64,000 nucleotides of DNA from Macrostomum lignano (GCA_002269645.1 NIVC01000598.1:186001-250000), one strand, 5' to 3'. Positions 1 through 20,490 are shown, counted from the stretch's first letter. The notes: generated by a model from the sequence alone, not told the origin. Translations and numbers: made by a program.

Positions 1-409
1 AATTAGCAGGACCAGCTGCTCACTTGAGCTGCTCGGTGGATCGCACGCAATCGATAGTGACTACCAGCTGCCGGCAGCGGCGTGTGCGGCATTAATCAGC
101 AGCTATTGGGTGCAGGATGTCTTCCCTTGTCTGGGATTTTTCCATTTTCCATTTTTCAACAGTGTCTGTCAATAGCGGCTGCGACTCAGAAGAAGTTGCT
201 AAATTATTCAAATTATCTGTTCCCCCAAGAAAGCTGTCTCAAGAGTCTCTGCCTCATCTTTTCGGCCGTGGAAGAAGGGGGAACAGCGGTGGGAGATGGC
301 GCACAGAGAGACCCAGCATCGGCGAAAGGAATGAATGATCCTAGTACTCATTGCTGGTTAATAGTGCGCACCTCAAATAGGGCTGCCTTAGCCCTCTCGA
401 TTGCGACAG

Positions 410-690
410 AATATGAGAGGAGAGGGTAGATGAGAGAGTGTAGATGAGATAGAAGAGAGTGTAGATGAGAGAGGAGAGGGTAGATGAGGGAGAGTAGATG
501 AGGGAGAGTAGATGAGAGAGGAGAGGGTAAAGGAGAGAGGAGAGAGTAGATCAGAGAGGAGAGGATAGAGGAGAGGGTAGATGAGAAAGAAGTGAGAAGA
601 GGAGAGAGGCGAGAGTAGATCAGAGAGGAGAGAGTAGATCAGAGAGGAGAGAGTAGATCAGAGAAATGAGGTGGATGTGAGAGAGCTGAG
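410..690. repeat. Degenerate GA-rich repeat (AGATGAGAGGAGAG-like)
   Basis: Visible purine-rich tandem units. Confidence 0.8.
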
Positions 691-1440
691 ATTAGAAGAG
701 ACGTAAACATTGGATCGAATGCCTGAAACTATGCAACAAAAAACTGCTAAGTACCGCATTTGGCAAGCGATTAACACCTTGTGTTGCCAAGGTGTCCAGG
801 TGTACGTGTGTGTGTGTGTGTGTGTGTGTGAGTGAGTGTGCTCCAGATTGACTGACAGATGTGCCTGGGCCTGACAGCAGGCGCTCGCAACTCATTAACT
901 GAGGCACTCGGCATGCGTCACGCTCGGCCCAGTGAGGCATTTTCAGTCGGAGCTTAAAATCGACAATATCGGCAAAGAAAGTCTGCAGAACTTGTAAACA
1001 AGTCTTTGTAGTCTAAATATCCAATGTGACTCCTGTGCTCACAAAGCTCGCAGATTTGATCAGCTCGTAACGTGTTGAAAAAGCAAAATTTTCCTATTGA
1101 AACGTTGCTGGGTTTGAGGCGCGATTTCCCGGAAATCTGTTTGACAAGCTCAGCTCTCGTTGCCATGGCAACAGGATGAAGCCTATCGATCCCGGGCTTT
1201 GTTAAGCGAAGGGGCAAAAAACAGAAGTGTTTCTCCAATTCCCGCTCACCCACAGCCACAAGGTGAGCAGCGGCAGCTCCCCGGAGAGCCCTCGACCTGC
1301 TCAAAACCTGTTTGCCTTTCACAGCCTCCCCCCCGCTCTTTCAGCCCACGGGAAGCGTCTGTCATCGTTGATTACCTCATTTTTCCTGCACAGCCAGCCG
1401 CGAAATTCCCTATGAATGTGCCATCCAAGGGCGCCAAGTG

Positions 1441-1773
<333 letters not shown>

Positions 1774-2632
1774 GGCTGGAAATCTCAGTTAATTGAGCTG
1801 CTGCCAGTTCGGCCCCAGAGCTGCAGCTGCCAGCCGGGGGGCGGCATTGATTTCAGCGGTACAAAGCGGGGCCACCGGTGCAGTACGCGCGCGCTCTGGC
1901 ATGAGGAGCGGAGGTAAAGGCGGGAGAGAGGGCAGAACAATGGCCGGGCTTTGTTTAGCCAAAGGAAGTTGCTGAGGCGGGCGGCCGCGGCCCGCGTTTC
2001 TGCTTTGAATCCGGCCGGGGGTGGGAAGGAAAATCTGAAAGCTGCCAAGAGAATGGGAGAGGCTCCCGCTAGGGAAACGGGGATGGTTTTCCCATTCTCT
2101 TCCTCCTCCCAGATCCTTCTCTGTTTCCCTGCTCCCCTCCCAATATCCTCTCTCTCCCGAGCGCCTCATCCCCAGGGCCACGGCTGCTCACCTGTGGCTG
2201 GAGCGGCAGGGCAGAGCCAATTGGCTCCGGCTCGCCCCGGGAGCAGCCCTATTTCAAGGCCAGAATTGAGACCGCGCCCCCTGCCCCTGCCTGCGGCCGC
2301 CGGACCCGCTGGACACGGCTCTTCATCCCCTGGCTGGCCTCAGCATTAGCGTACTCTTCGGTAGCAGCAGCGGAGCTTTGGCAGTTTTAACCCAGCATCT
2401 CTCCTTCCTCATCTCTCCCTCTCTTCCCCTGGCCTCGCTACCCTCCCCTATCAAAACTGCTCACCTCGTTCCCCATCCATTGTTCCATTTAGCTATTATC
2501 CACAGCCAGCTCAGGCCGACATCCCCCACTGCCGAAATCCCCCTGACTGCCCGCCCCACCGCCCGGTCTGAGCGGAGCAGCCCTTCAGCTCGGTTCACAT
2601 CGGGCTTTCGATTGTCCCTTTCTCAGCTGAAA

Positions 2633-9646
<7,014 letters not shown>

Positions 9647-10039
9647 CGAGAAAAATATATTTTAGAAAGAGCCTCTCTATTTTTTCTTTCCCTTCTCGTG
9701 AAATTCCATTGTACAAGTGTCGCTTTGCTTCTAATAGCCATCCTAATTGATGGGGCGTGCTGTCAATACATGTATTGTGCATGTACTGTTTAGCCCTCTC
9801 CACCCCGTCTCCAGCGCACACGAAAGCGCCGCCCAGGTTGAACTTTTTCAAAGCATTCGTAGTGGATTCTGTCCAATGCTGTTTTGCTTTTCGCTCGGCT
9901 GAAATTACGCTCGTAGTCTCAGAATCTCATTGCATGTCGTGAGCCGGCTTGGAGCATCTGAAGAAATACATGCCGACTTTCTGATTGTGAGCAAACTGAG
10001 AACCGCTGCATGGTCAGTTCAATCTGTATAATGTAAGAA

Positions 10040-10290
10040 GGGGAGATGAGAATGGAGAGAGATGGGACAGATAAGAATGGATAGGGATGGAGAGAGATAA
10101 GAATGGAGAGGGATGGGGAGAGATGAGAATGGAGAGGGATGGGAGAGATAAGAATGGAGAGGGATGGGGAGACATAAGAATGGAGAGGGAGGGGAGAGAT
10201 AAGAATGGAGAGGGATGGGGAGAGATAGGAATGGAGAGGGATGGGGAGAGATAAGAATGGAGAGAGATAGGGAGAGATAAGAATAGAAGA
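10040..10290. repeat. GA-rich degenerate repeat (GAGAGATAAGAATGGAGAGGGATGG)
   Basis: Direct inspection. Confidence 0.85.
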
Positions 10291-10664
10291 GAAGTCGGTA
10301 GTTTCCGGGTCTATTATCGAGGACATTGGAGCCTGAAGACTTCAGCTGCAGACAGAACACAATTAATTGAGCAAGCGGCCTGAGCAAAAGCTTAAAAAAT
10401 GAAAAAAACAGGGTGGTCACAGCTGGACTGCCAAATCATTTTCCGCAATTCGCTAGTGGCCAGCAGGGCGCCCCGTGTTGATCTACAATTGGTTCGGAAT
10501 TTTCCAGCCAAACCTGTTTATAACTTGTCTGTGACGTCAGAACTTCCAGGGGCGAGGCCCTTGAAGCATCAGCTACGATTAACTGCCCAGTTCAGTTCCT
10601 GTCCCTGATCTGTCTTGAAGTCCTGTCCCTGATCTGTCTTGAATTCCTGTCCCCAACCCCAGTC

Positions 10665-11225
10665 CCTGAACTGCCCCAACCCCAGTACATGAACTGCCCC
10701 AACCCCAGTACATGAACTGCCCCAACCCCAGTACATGAACTGCCCCAACCCCAGTACATGAACTGCCCCAACCCCAGTACATGAACTGCCCCAACCCCAG
10801 TACATGAACTGCCCCAACCCAGTACATGAACTGCCCCAACCCCAGTACATGAACTGCCCCAACCCCAGTACATGAACTGCCCCAACCCCAGTACATGAAC
10901 TGCCCCAACCCCAGTACATGAACTGCCCCAACCCCAGTACATGAACTGCCCCAACCCCAGTACATGAACTGCCCCAACCCCAGTACATGAACTGCCCCAA
11001 CCCCAGTACATGAACTGCCCCAACCCCAGTACATGAACTGCCCCAACCCCAGTACATGAACTGCCCCAACCCCAGTACATGAACTGCCCCAACCCCAGTA
11101 CATGAACTGCCCCAACCCAGTACATGAACTGCCCCAACCCCAGTACATGAACTGCCCCAACCCCAGTACATGAACTGCCCCAACCCCAGTACATGAACTG
11201 CCACAACCCCAGTACATGAACTGCC
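10665..11225. repeat. 23-bp minisatellite AACTGCCCCAACCCCAGTACATG, ~24 copies
   Basis: 23-aa periodicity in all three minus frames. Confidence 0.96.
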
Positions 11226-11969
11226 TTATCAATTCCCTTCCTGAACTGGCCCCAATACCTGTTGCCTCAGGTCTCCTTCCAAAGCACCTCTTTAAGCCTT
11301 TAAGTCGCTGTCCCGAGCGTCTGCAGCTCAGCATTTGGCCACATCCGGGAGCCCCCCCCCCAGCTGCAAAGCTCCCTCAGCAGGGAAAAATTCAAGCGCT
11401 GCCTGAAATCCTGTGGGGCTTCAGCCAACAGGTAGCAACGCATAAATTGGCCATTAGAGCCGGCATGAAGGTCTTGCCGAGCCTGGGGCTTTCCATTGAT
11501 AGAAGGCTCGGATTTCCAGATGGCCTGCAGTGCGCTGAGCAAAAGGGGCGACCACAAAATTGCTTGGCGATTTTAGTCGGAAAGAAGAAGACTGCGTTGC
11601 TTGCAAAGAAACCGATTATAGCAAGATCTCCCATCCAACTGCGCCTGTTATCAACTCTTCCCTTTTGCTGCTTGGTTTCCTCTCCGAAAGCTCTCAAACA
11701 ACACATGTTTGAGTTTAAGCACGAGCTGAGCTGAAACAGTTGGCTGAGTATTTGCTCTCAGCATAGACAATGGAGTCCGTCATGCACGGGCGGAGAGGGC
11801 AGCCGTTGGCAATTGTGACTGGGCGAGGACTACTGGAGTGAACGGCTTTCTCGAGAGCCCTCTGATTCTGCAGCTGGAGCAGCCAGTGCGCTCGGCATGG
11901 GTGACTGGACTGGCTGACCCGCCCTCAGCCCAACCTTGTCTCCGATCTCGGCATTCCAATACCGCCCTT

Positions 11970-12350
11970 TGTCTCTCCCCATCTCTCTCTATCCTTCCCT
12001 TCCTCTCTCCCTCCTCTCATCCTCTCTCCGCTTCCTTTCCCTCTTTTACTCTCGTTCCCGTATTGTCCTCTTAATCTCCCTCTCCCTCTCCCGTTCCCTC
12101 TCCATCTCAATCTTCCCTCTTCCTCTCCATCTCTCTCAATCTCCCTCGCCCTCTCTCCCTTCCTCTCTCTCCCTCTCCCTCTCTCTGCCTGACGAAGAGC
12201 CCAGAGGCTCGAAACCGGTAGCCCATATTAAATTAATTAGTCTTTTGATTTTTTAAACACGCCGTGACCTCTCTTCTCTCTCTCTCTCTCTCTACCTCTC
12301 TCTCCCTCTCCTCTCTCTCTCGCCCTCTCCCTACCCCTATCCCTCCCGAT
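11970..12350. repeat. CT-rich low-complexity tract
   Basis: Almost pure pyrimidine on the + strand. Confidence 0.8.
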
Positions 12351-13279
12351 AAACCGCATAAATCACTCTGTCTCTCTTACCTTCCACATTTTCTTTCCCG
12401 TCTTGCATTTGTCTCTGTTTTCGTGAATTAAAAATCAGAACATGCGCTCATCGTCTACTTAAAGTAGAATCATTCGACTTCAGCGCTAATTTGCTTACAG
12501 AAATACAAGGCAAATGCATTTTAGAAATGGCCAAAAGGGATTCCCATATTGCCAGTTAAGCAAGCGGTCACTCGATCTCCTGACACCCCGCTCCCAATCT
12601 AATTAGATTCTCGGTGGCACTCGACTATTCAATTCGGGCAGAGCCAGTTCGAATCTGCTTTGCTCATTGTGGCTGCACCCACAATCGTGCGCTGCCAGAT
12701 GTGCGGCCTGGGCTGAGCGGACTGGCAATTATAGAAATGATTTGCACTGCCGGCTGCACTCAAACCGTCTGCGAATGTCTGTCACATTTTGATTTGAACT
12801 GGTCAGAATTCCACTGCGCCATGCTGCCTGCCTCCTGCCCGTACAGAATTTGTGCCTCAAGTCCGCAGGTTACTGAAATGTACCACAACTTCGGCTTGAT
12901 CTTCTCCAGCCAAACTCCTCAGCTTACCGCCGGCTTCCCAAAATCCGACCCAGTTTTTCGATCCCCGCTTCCATCATCGACTCTTCCCCGTTAATTCCCA
13001 TGGGAGAATTATCCTCGCCTCGCCTTGCTCTCGAATTCCTCACCTCGGCGACTCCGGTGACGGGCCAACTTGAGCACAGCCGGGATGCTCCCGTGACCCG
13101 GGCGCCTGAGTTCGGCCCGGCTGGGAGAGATGAGGCGCCTGAGAGGCTGGGCAGGCCAGGTCTCGCTTCATTGGCTCGCAAATTTGCTTTATGAAGGCTT
13201 CTTCGCATTTTATCTGGCCAGCCCCCCCCCAGCCGGCCTCCCAGCTCCGCAGACTGCGATTCTCCATCAACCAGCTGCG

Positions 13280-15032
13280 ATGCCGACAGCGGCCGCCAAA
13301 GCCGCTCCCGACCAGGAGCCGGACGGCGAGACCGCCAAGGAGATTCTGCTGCGCTTCTGCCGCGGCACCAGCCTGCGCGGAATCCCGCGAATCGTCTCGG
13401 CCGACAGCCGCCTCCTGCGCGCCCTGTGGCTCGGCTTCGTCAGCGCCCTGGTGCTCGCCTGTGTGCTCAACCTGCACCAAATCGTCTCCCTCTACCTGGC
13501 CTACGACGTCGTACAAATGCCCGTCCACCAGCTGCGGCCGGACGCCGCCTTCCCGTCCATCACGGTGTGCAACCAGATCCCGCTGTCCGTCAGCGGCCGC
13601 AAGCTCATGTACAGCAGCGGCTGGCGCTCGCCGCGTGATTTCTGGAAGGCCATCCTTGGCGTCAAGCGCAACCTGAGCCGGCTGGAACTCACCAAGGCGG
13701 AGCGGCACCACGTGGACCAATACCTGCCGGGCCTGTTCTCACTCAACGCCTACTTCTCCAACCTGCCGTTCGGGCATTCCGTCTCCGACCTCGGCTTCGC
13801 CAAGGACCAGCTGATTCGCAGCTGCTACCTGGTGGTCCGCAACCTGGATGAAGACAAGGAGCCGCCGGTGAAAAGTCCGCAATGCGATGCTGTTGGCACC
13901 TGGCGTCGGGTGCACGACCAGAACCGGCTGAACTGCTTCACCTACTCGGTGCAGGCGGGTGGCAACAACCCGGTGGTGGAGATGGAGATGCGGCTGTTCC
14001 TCGGCCATGACCTCGGCCTGCCCTGCGACGACTGCATCAACATGGACATGAACACGCAGATCACTGGCGCCCGCATCGTACTGCACGAGAACGGCAGCTT
14101 CCCGGACGTGTCCAAGGAGGGCTTCAACGTCTACCCTGGCACCCTCACCGAGGTCCGCTTCAGCACCAGCAACTGGACCCGGTTGAAGCCGCCGCACGGC
14201 GAGTGCCAGGACATCGAGGCCGGCGACATCAGCCTGTACGGGCACCGGTTCGGCTACTCGCAGGACGCCTGCAAGAAGGCCCGGCAGCAGCAGCTGATCG
14301 AGCAGCAGTGCGGCTGCACTTTTGCCGTCCTGCCGCACTCCGTGGCCAACGCGTCCGCCTTCTGCGAGCGTCTGGACAGCGACATCAACACGTTTACGCC
14401 CGCAGGCCTGGCGCGGGCGGCCCTCCGCAGCCGCTGCGGCCTGCTGGGGATGTTCCGCTCCGTTGATTCGGACTGCCCGCAGCCCTGCAGCTCCCTGACC
14501 TTTGACACGTCCACAACGCAGGCTCAGTGGCCGCGCGAGTCCATGCAGCTGCACCTGTTCAACAGCGAGCTGTGGCGCCCGTCCGGGCTGAGGCTGGGCC
14601 AGAGCGTCTCGCTGGACGCCGAAGTCAGTCAGGCGCACAAGGAGGAGGCGCAGATCCAGCAGCTCTACCTGAAGGTCAAGCGCCTGGCCGCCACGGACAA
14701 AGACGCCGCCACGCAGCTCATCAGCCGGCACGGGCTCATCTCCAAGAGCTTCCTGACGCTGAAGGTCACGCGAAAGGACTTCGCCGTTGTGCAGCTCCGC
14801 GACAAGCCGGTGCGCACCCTGGCGTCCACGCTGAGCCAGATTGGCGGCCTGCTGTCCATGTGGATCGGCCTGACTCTCATCTGGATTGTTGAGCTGCTGG
14901 AGCTGCTGATCCGCCTCTGCTGGCACCTGCGCAGCCGCGTCAGGTCGGCGGCCGCGTCGCGCCTTCAGCAGCGGCGCCAGCGGCCTGGCGAGAATTTCAA
15001 CTGCGAGAACAACGACTTCGGCGGCGGTGGCG

Positions 15033-15117
<85 letters not shown>

Positions 15118-15202
15118 CGTCTGGCTCGAGAGCCGGCTGCTCCCCCTGACCGACATGCCGGAGCGGAGGCCGCAGTCCGCAGTCAGGAGGAGCCGAGTCT
15201 GA
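13280..15202 (+). CDS. DEG/ENaC (amiloride-sensitive sodium channel superfamily) subunit, intronless, 640 aa; possibly FaNaC-related clade
   Basis: First in-frame ATG is at 13280. Features: TM1 (LWLGFVSALVLACVLNL), post-TM1 FPSITVCN, NCFT, GARIVLH..G..V.PG.LT, PPHGEC, Cys-rich thumb (YSQDAC..CGC..CPQPC), and TM2 LSQIGGLLSMWIGLTLIWIVELLE. The FaNaC-clade assignment is inference only. Confidence 0.95.
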
Positions 15203-15884
15203 CTGAGAGTGATGTGCCACAGCCCCGCCCATGGGGACCGGGGTTAATGGGGTTCGCGTACTTTGTTTCATAAACACTCGAGCACTGCTGCTGCAATTGT
15301 TAAAGTACCAAAATAAGTGTGTTGCTGCAATAACTAATCTCATTAACGATATTAATAATAATATAAGTAAAATAAATGCTCGGTGGCTGTGGCCGCCCTG
15401 GTGAATACAATCTGGATGCTGACAGTGTCTCAAGGCCCGCTAGGTGTTTCTCGGAGGTAATAAAAGCATGCGGGTTGAAATCTCAGCCGATTATCATAGT
15501 GGGATTTCTCCCATGCAGGGACAATACGCAGAAAAAAATTCGCGAGTCAGGGGAATAGTGAAGCACAATGCGCTGTACGGAGTCTGGGCCGATGACAATA
15601 CAATTTGCTTACCCCATTGGGTATGGAGTCCCCCATTCTCCCTGATCCAGCATACTGGTTTACTCATGCTTTTTTAGCATTTCTGCGCTGCTTTTACGGT
15701 GCCCACAGAGACCCGTCTGTAGTTGGTGAACCGGGAAAAGTGGCTGGGGATTCTTTATGGCAAAGTTTTTTATTTCCCTGCTCTGCCAGCAGATTCTGAT
15801 GGTTTATTCAAGTTTATTGCTTCCTCTCCGGACTCGCTGACAATTTTAGTTGCTATGGGACTGCGTTGGATCCCATCGGGACTC

Positions 15885-16427
15885 ACTCCAGCTCACCTCA
15901 GCTGTTTCCAGCTCACTCCAGACTCACTCCAGCTCTCTTCATCTCACCCCAGCTGTCTTCATCTCACCCCAGCTGTCTTCATCTCACCCCAGCTGTCTTC
16001 ATCTCACCCCAGCTGTCTTCATCTCACCCCAGCTGTCTTCATCTCACCCCAGCTGTCTTCATCTCACCCCAGCTGTCTTCATCTCACCCCAGCTGTCTTC
16101 ATCTCACCCCAGCTGTCTTCATCTCACCCCAGCTGTCTTCATCTCACCCAGCTGTCTTCATCTCACCCCAGCTGTCTTCATCTCACCCCAGCTGTCTTCA
16201 TCTCGCCCCAGCTGTCTTCATCTCACCCCAGCTGTCTTCATCTCACCCCAGCTGTCTTCATCTCACCCAGCTGTCTTCATCTCACCCCAGCTGTCTTCAT
16301 CTCACCCCAGCTGTCTTCATCTCACCCCAGCTGTCTTCATCTCACCCCAGCTGTCTTCATCTCGCCCCAGCTGTCTTCATCTCACCCCAGCTGTCTTCAT
16401 CTCACCCCAGCTGTCTTCATCTCACCT
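15885..16427. repeat. 20-bp minisatellite CCCCAGCTGTCTTCATCTCA, ~26 copies
   Basis: 20-aa periodicity of the ORFs across it. Confidence 0.96.
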
Positions 16428-16964
16428 GTCGAAAACTTGTCGACACCGAAAACAATTGTTTGCTCATCTTTACACATCTGCCTACGAGATCGCATATTGA
16501 TTCATAAGCAAACATCTGGGTCACCAGGGGCGTCTCCGGTCTTGACTGCTTCATGTTCTTCCGTGTCCCAAATGTGAAACTTTTTTCTCATTCAACTTTA
16601 ATGGCCGATCAGTACAGTTTGGATCTTCATCTTTAGAGTCAACATGCAGCGCTATTTTGGCGCTAAACTGGATGGTTTTGGATAGATGGGTTTAATACTG
16701 CTGAATAGTTGGACCCAATTATCTTTTCCAATCTTATCCTTATCAGGCTTGACAGCCACATCTGGCCACAGTGAGGGGGTGGGGGGCAAAAGCGTGCAAC
16801 TGGCACGCTTGGGAGAAATTTGAGAACTCAGAATTATAAAACTGTCATCATCAGATATTTGTGTCCAGTTTTTCATTCATGCTTTAATTTCCCTGATACT
16901 CAATGGGCTGGTCAATTCCTTTTATTTTTAAAAGCATTGAGTATTTTTCTTACTTTTCGGTCAT

Positions 16965-17165
16965 TGGCTGTAAGCTTGCCCTTCCTCTCTGCCCCTTCCT
17001 CACTGCTGATTGGCCGAAAGTGCTGTAAGCTTGTCCTGCCGCTCTGCCCCTACCTCACTGCCGATTGGCTGAGAGGGCTGTAAGCTTGTCCTGTCGCTCT
17101 GCCCCTTCCTCACTGCTGATTGGCTGAGAGGGCTTTAAGCTTGTCCTCCCTCTCTGCCCCTTCCA
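16965..17165. repeat. 55-bp tandem repeat, ~3.5 copies, each with (C/T)GATTGGC
   Basis: CTCTGCCCC recurs at 16987, 17042, 17097 and 17152. Confidence 0.85.
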
Positions 17166-17824
17166 CGCATTTGATTGGATTATGTGGATCATTGCTGCAC
17201 TACCAAAGTAGTTGTTTTACAACTTGCACTTGTATTACCTACTTAAGTTATGCATATAATTCATTCCTTGAAAATATTAGCTGAAGCCAGAAGCCAGACT
17301 TTCCGCGAAACTGATTAATGTCAGCTTTCTAAAAACAGAACAGCAGAAAGGAAGCACCAGGGCCGAGCACGCAAGTTGAGCCACTCCAGTATAATTAAAT
17401 CTGTTTTAAACTCCATTCCATTCGTCAAATCAGTGGAGCATTTGTCTGAATTGGAAAATATGGCAGACTGCTTCAGAACCGGGCTGTCGGTCTGGCCCAG
17501 CCTCTCTCTCTGAGCACTAACTGGCTGAGCGCTGACAGCTGCGTAGTCTGCATAGTTAATAAGTACTTTAGTGGCAAAATAAATGCGCCCGGGCCTGTTC
17601 TGTTCGAATAGCTGAACCGTTTTTATCAAGGCGAGTGTACGTGGCTGCTGAGTAGCTCATATGCTAATTGGCCTGAAGGGAGGGACGAGGCAAAGTGAAT
17701 GCAGCAGATGGGGCTGGTGCTGTTTACTTAGCACAAGGCTGGGGGAGCATTGTATCTCAGCTTTGAAGCGGCCCAGGCATTTTCACTGCCAAGTCATCCG
17801 CTTTGGTTGACCCTCACTGCTCAA

Positions 17825-18350
17825 GATGTAGACTCAGGCTGATAAGCAGGTGAAAGAAGGTGGGTGAGGGGGAGAGAGTGAGATGTAGACTCAGGCTGAT
17901 AAGCAGGTGAGGGAAGGTGGGTGAGGGGGAGAGAGTGAGATGTAGACTCAGGCTGAGAAGCAGGTGAGGGAAGGTGGGTGAGAGGGAGAGAGTGAGATGT
18001 AGACTCAGGCTGATAAGCAGGTGAGGGAAGGTGGGTGAGAGGGAGAGAGTGAGATGTAGACTCAGGCTGATAAGCAGGTGAGGGAAGGTGGGTGAGAGGG
18101 AGAGAGTGAGATGTAGACTCAGGCTGATAAGCAGGTGAGGGAAGGTGGGTGAGAGGGAGAGAGTGAGATGTAGACTCAGGCTGATAAGCAGGTGAGGGAA
18201 GGTGGGTGAGAGGGAGAGAGTGAGATGTAGACTCAGGCTGATAAGCAGGTGAGGGAAGGTGGGTGAGAGGGAGAGAGTGAGATGTAGACTCAGGCTGATA
18301 AGCAGGTGAGGGAAGGTGGGTGAGGGGGAGAGAGTGAGATGTAGACTCAG
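17825..18350. repeat. 57-bp minisatellite, 9 copies
   Basis: ATGTAGACTCAGG recurs at 17826, 17883, 17940 and so on. Confidence 0.96.
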
Positions 18351-19089
18351 AGGACAAAAGAGAGAAAATATTGGCCACTCGTCATCATGTGCAGTCCTTG
18401 GAAACCGTGAAGCGGTACCGGGCCGTTGGAGCCCAGCCCAATGCCAGCTCAAAGCGACTCCATCAGAATGGAAGCTGAGTCGTCTCGAGTCTGTAAAGCC
18501 AATGCGATTCTGTGCGCCAGGATCTTCACGCCATCCTGGCCAGTCCGGAAATTGATTTGACCGAATCCTGTGGGAGAGCCGGGCCAAAACTGCTCTCAAA
18601 TCTGTTGAACTCAAAGCCGACATCCCGGAAGCAAATTGTGGAAACCAAAGCCGCCTCCGTACGAAAACATTTTGACTGATTTTATTCGGGAAAATGTGTT
18701 TTCAAAATTTGTGCTACAGTGCAAAATGGCTGTCAGAGCTCTCCGATCCGGCGTCAGCTGCGCCAAGAAAGGCGGCAGATACTGGAAGGCGAGGGCTGCA
18801 ACGCGTCAAAATTGATGACATTTTAACAAGAAGCAACTAGCTAGCTCGTGATACCATCGAGAATGCCGACAGGCAAGTATTTAAACATGAAGCAAGCGTT
18901 AATCAAACTGAGTTATGAGTTCATGAGTTCATGAGTTTATGGGTGAGTCTCCGTCTTCTCGCATGTCTGGCTTCATCTTTTCTTGTTTGCTTTTTTACCT
19001 GCTTGCTTGATCTTTCTCCTTTAATTCTCCTTTCTCCTTTCCTCCTTTCTTCCTTTTCCTTTCTCCTACTTTTCTTTTAATCTCTGATT

Positions 19090-19215
19090 TTCTCCCCTTA
19101 TCTCCCCTTATCTCCCCTTATCTCTTTTTATCTCCCCTTATCTCCCCTTATCTCCTCTTATCTCCCCTTATCTCCCTTTATCTCTCCTTATCTCCCCTTC
19201 TCCCCCTTATCTCTC
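19090..19215. repeat. 10-bp TCTCCCCTTA array (short copy)
   Basis: Direct inspection; same family as 21165-21950. Confidence 0.9.
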
Positions 19216-19609
19216 CTCACCACGTTTAGTGCACCAGCACTACTACTGAAATAATTATGGTCAGTAGTACATGAAGCGTGGACGTTCTTCAAGAAGCAGA
19301 ATTGGGAAAATGCAGAACGAGAAGAAGACAGCCGTCCAAGCAAATTTCCTGGGGAGTCGGACTGTTCACTCAGGTAAAAATATTGCCTCTGTTTCTGGCC
19401 CGGAGGCTGCGATTCGGCCTTGATGAGGCTTTTGAAGGGCCAAGTAAGAACACAAGAGGATGAAAATATTGATAGGCAGGAAGAAACCCAGGCTTTAATT
19501 GTATGCAGCCTGAATTCATTCACTCCGCTGTCTGGACTGCTCCAGTTCGAAATCTGGAATTTCAAATTTGGGAGAAATAGAGTGGCCATGTGTGCGAACT
19601 GAGCGAATT

Positions 19610-20490
19610 CAAGAGTGAGCTCATCAGTTCAAGAGTGAGTTCATGAGTGAGTTCATCAGTGAGTGAGTGAGTGAGTTCATGAGTTCATGAGTGAGTTCAT
19701 GAGTTCATAAATGAGTGAGTGAGTGAGTTCATGAGTTCATGAGTGAGTGAGTTCATGAGTGAGTGAGTGAGTGAGTGAGTGAGTGAGTGAGTGAGTGAGT
19801 TCATGAGTGAGTGAGTGAGTGAGTTCATGAGTGAGTGAGTGAGCGAGTGAGTGAGTGAGTGAGTGAGTGAGTGAGTGAGTGAGTGAGTGAGTGAGTGAGT
19901 GAGTGAGTGGGTGGGTGAGGGAGTGAGTGGGTGAGTGAGTGAGTGAGTGAGTGAGTGAGTGAGTGAGCGAGTGAGTGAGTGGGTGGGTGAGGGAGTGAGT
20001 TCATGAGTTCATGAGTTCATGAGTTCATGAGTTCATGAGTTCATGAGTTCATGAGTTCATGAGTTCATGAGTTCATGAGTTCATGAGTTCATGAGTTCAT
20101 GAGTTCATGAGTTCATGAGTGAGTGAGAGAGTGAGTGAGTGAGTGAGTGAGTGAGTGAGTGAGTGAGTGAGTTAGTGAGTGAGTGAGTGAGTGAGTGAGT
20201 GAGAGAGTGAGTGAGTGAGTGAGTGAGAGAGTGAGTGAGTTCATGAGTGAGTGAGTTCATGAGTGAGTGAGTGAGTGAGTGAGTGAGTGAGTGAGTGAGT
20301 GAGTGAGTGAGTGAGTGAGTGAGTGAGTGAGAGAGTGAGTGAGTGAGTGAGTGAGTGAGAGAGTGAGTGAGTTCATGAGTGAGTGAGTGAGTGAGTGAGT
20401 GAGTGAGTGAGTGAGTGAGTGAGTGAGTGAGTGAGTGAGTGAGTGAGTGAGTGAGTGAGTGAGTGAGTGAGTGAGTGATTGAGTGAGTGA
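19610..20490. repeat. Compound (GAGT)n / (TTCATGAG)n satellite
   Basis: Direct inspection; a short copy also lies at 18910-18948. Confidence 0.95.

Noticed and set aside
13130-13279. N-terminal extension of the DEG/ENaC ORF from 13130
   Set aside because: It relies on a non-ATG start. ATG 13280 gives a normal-length cytoplasmic N-terminus before the pre-TM1 motif.
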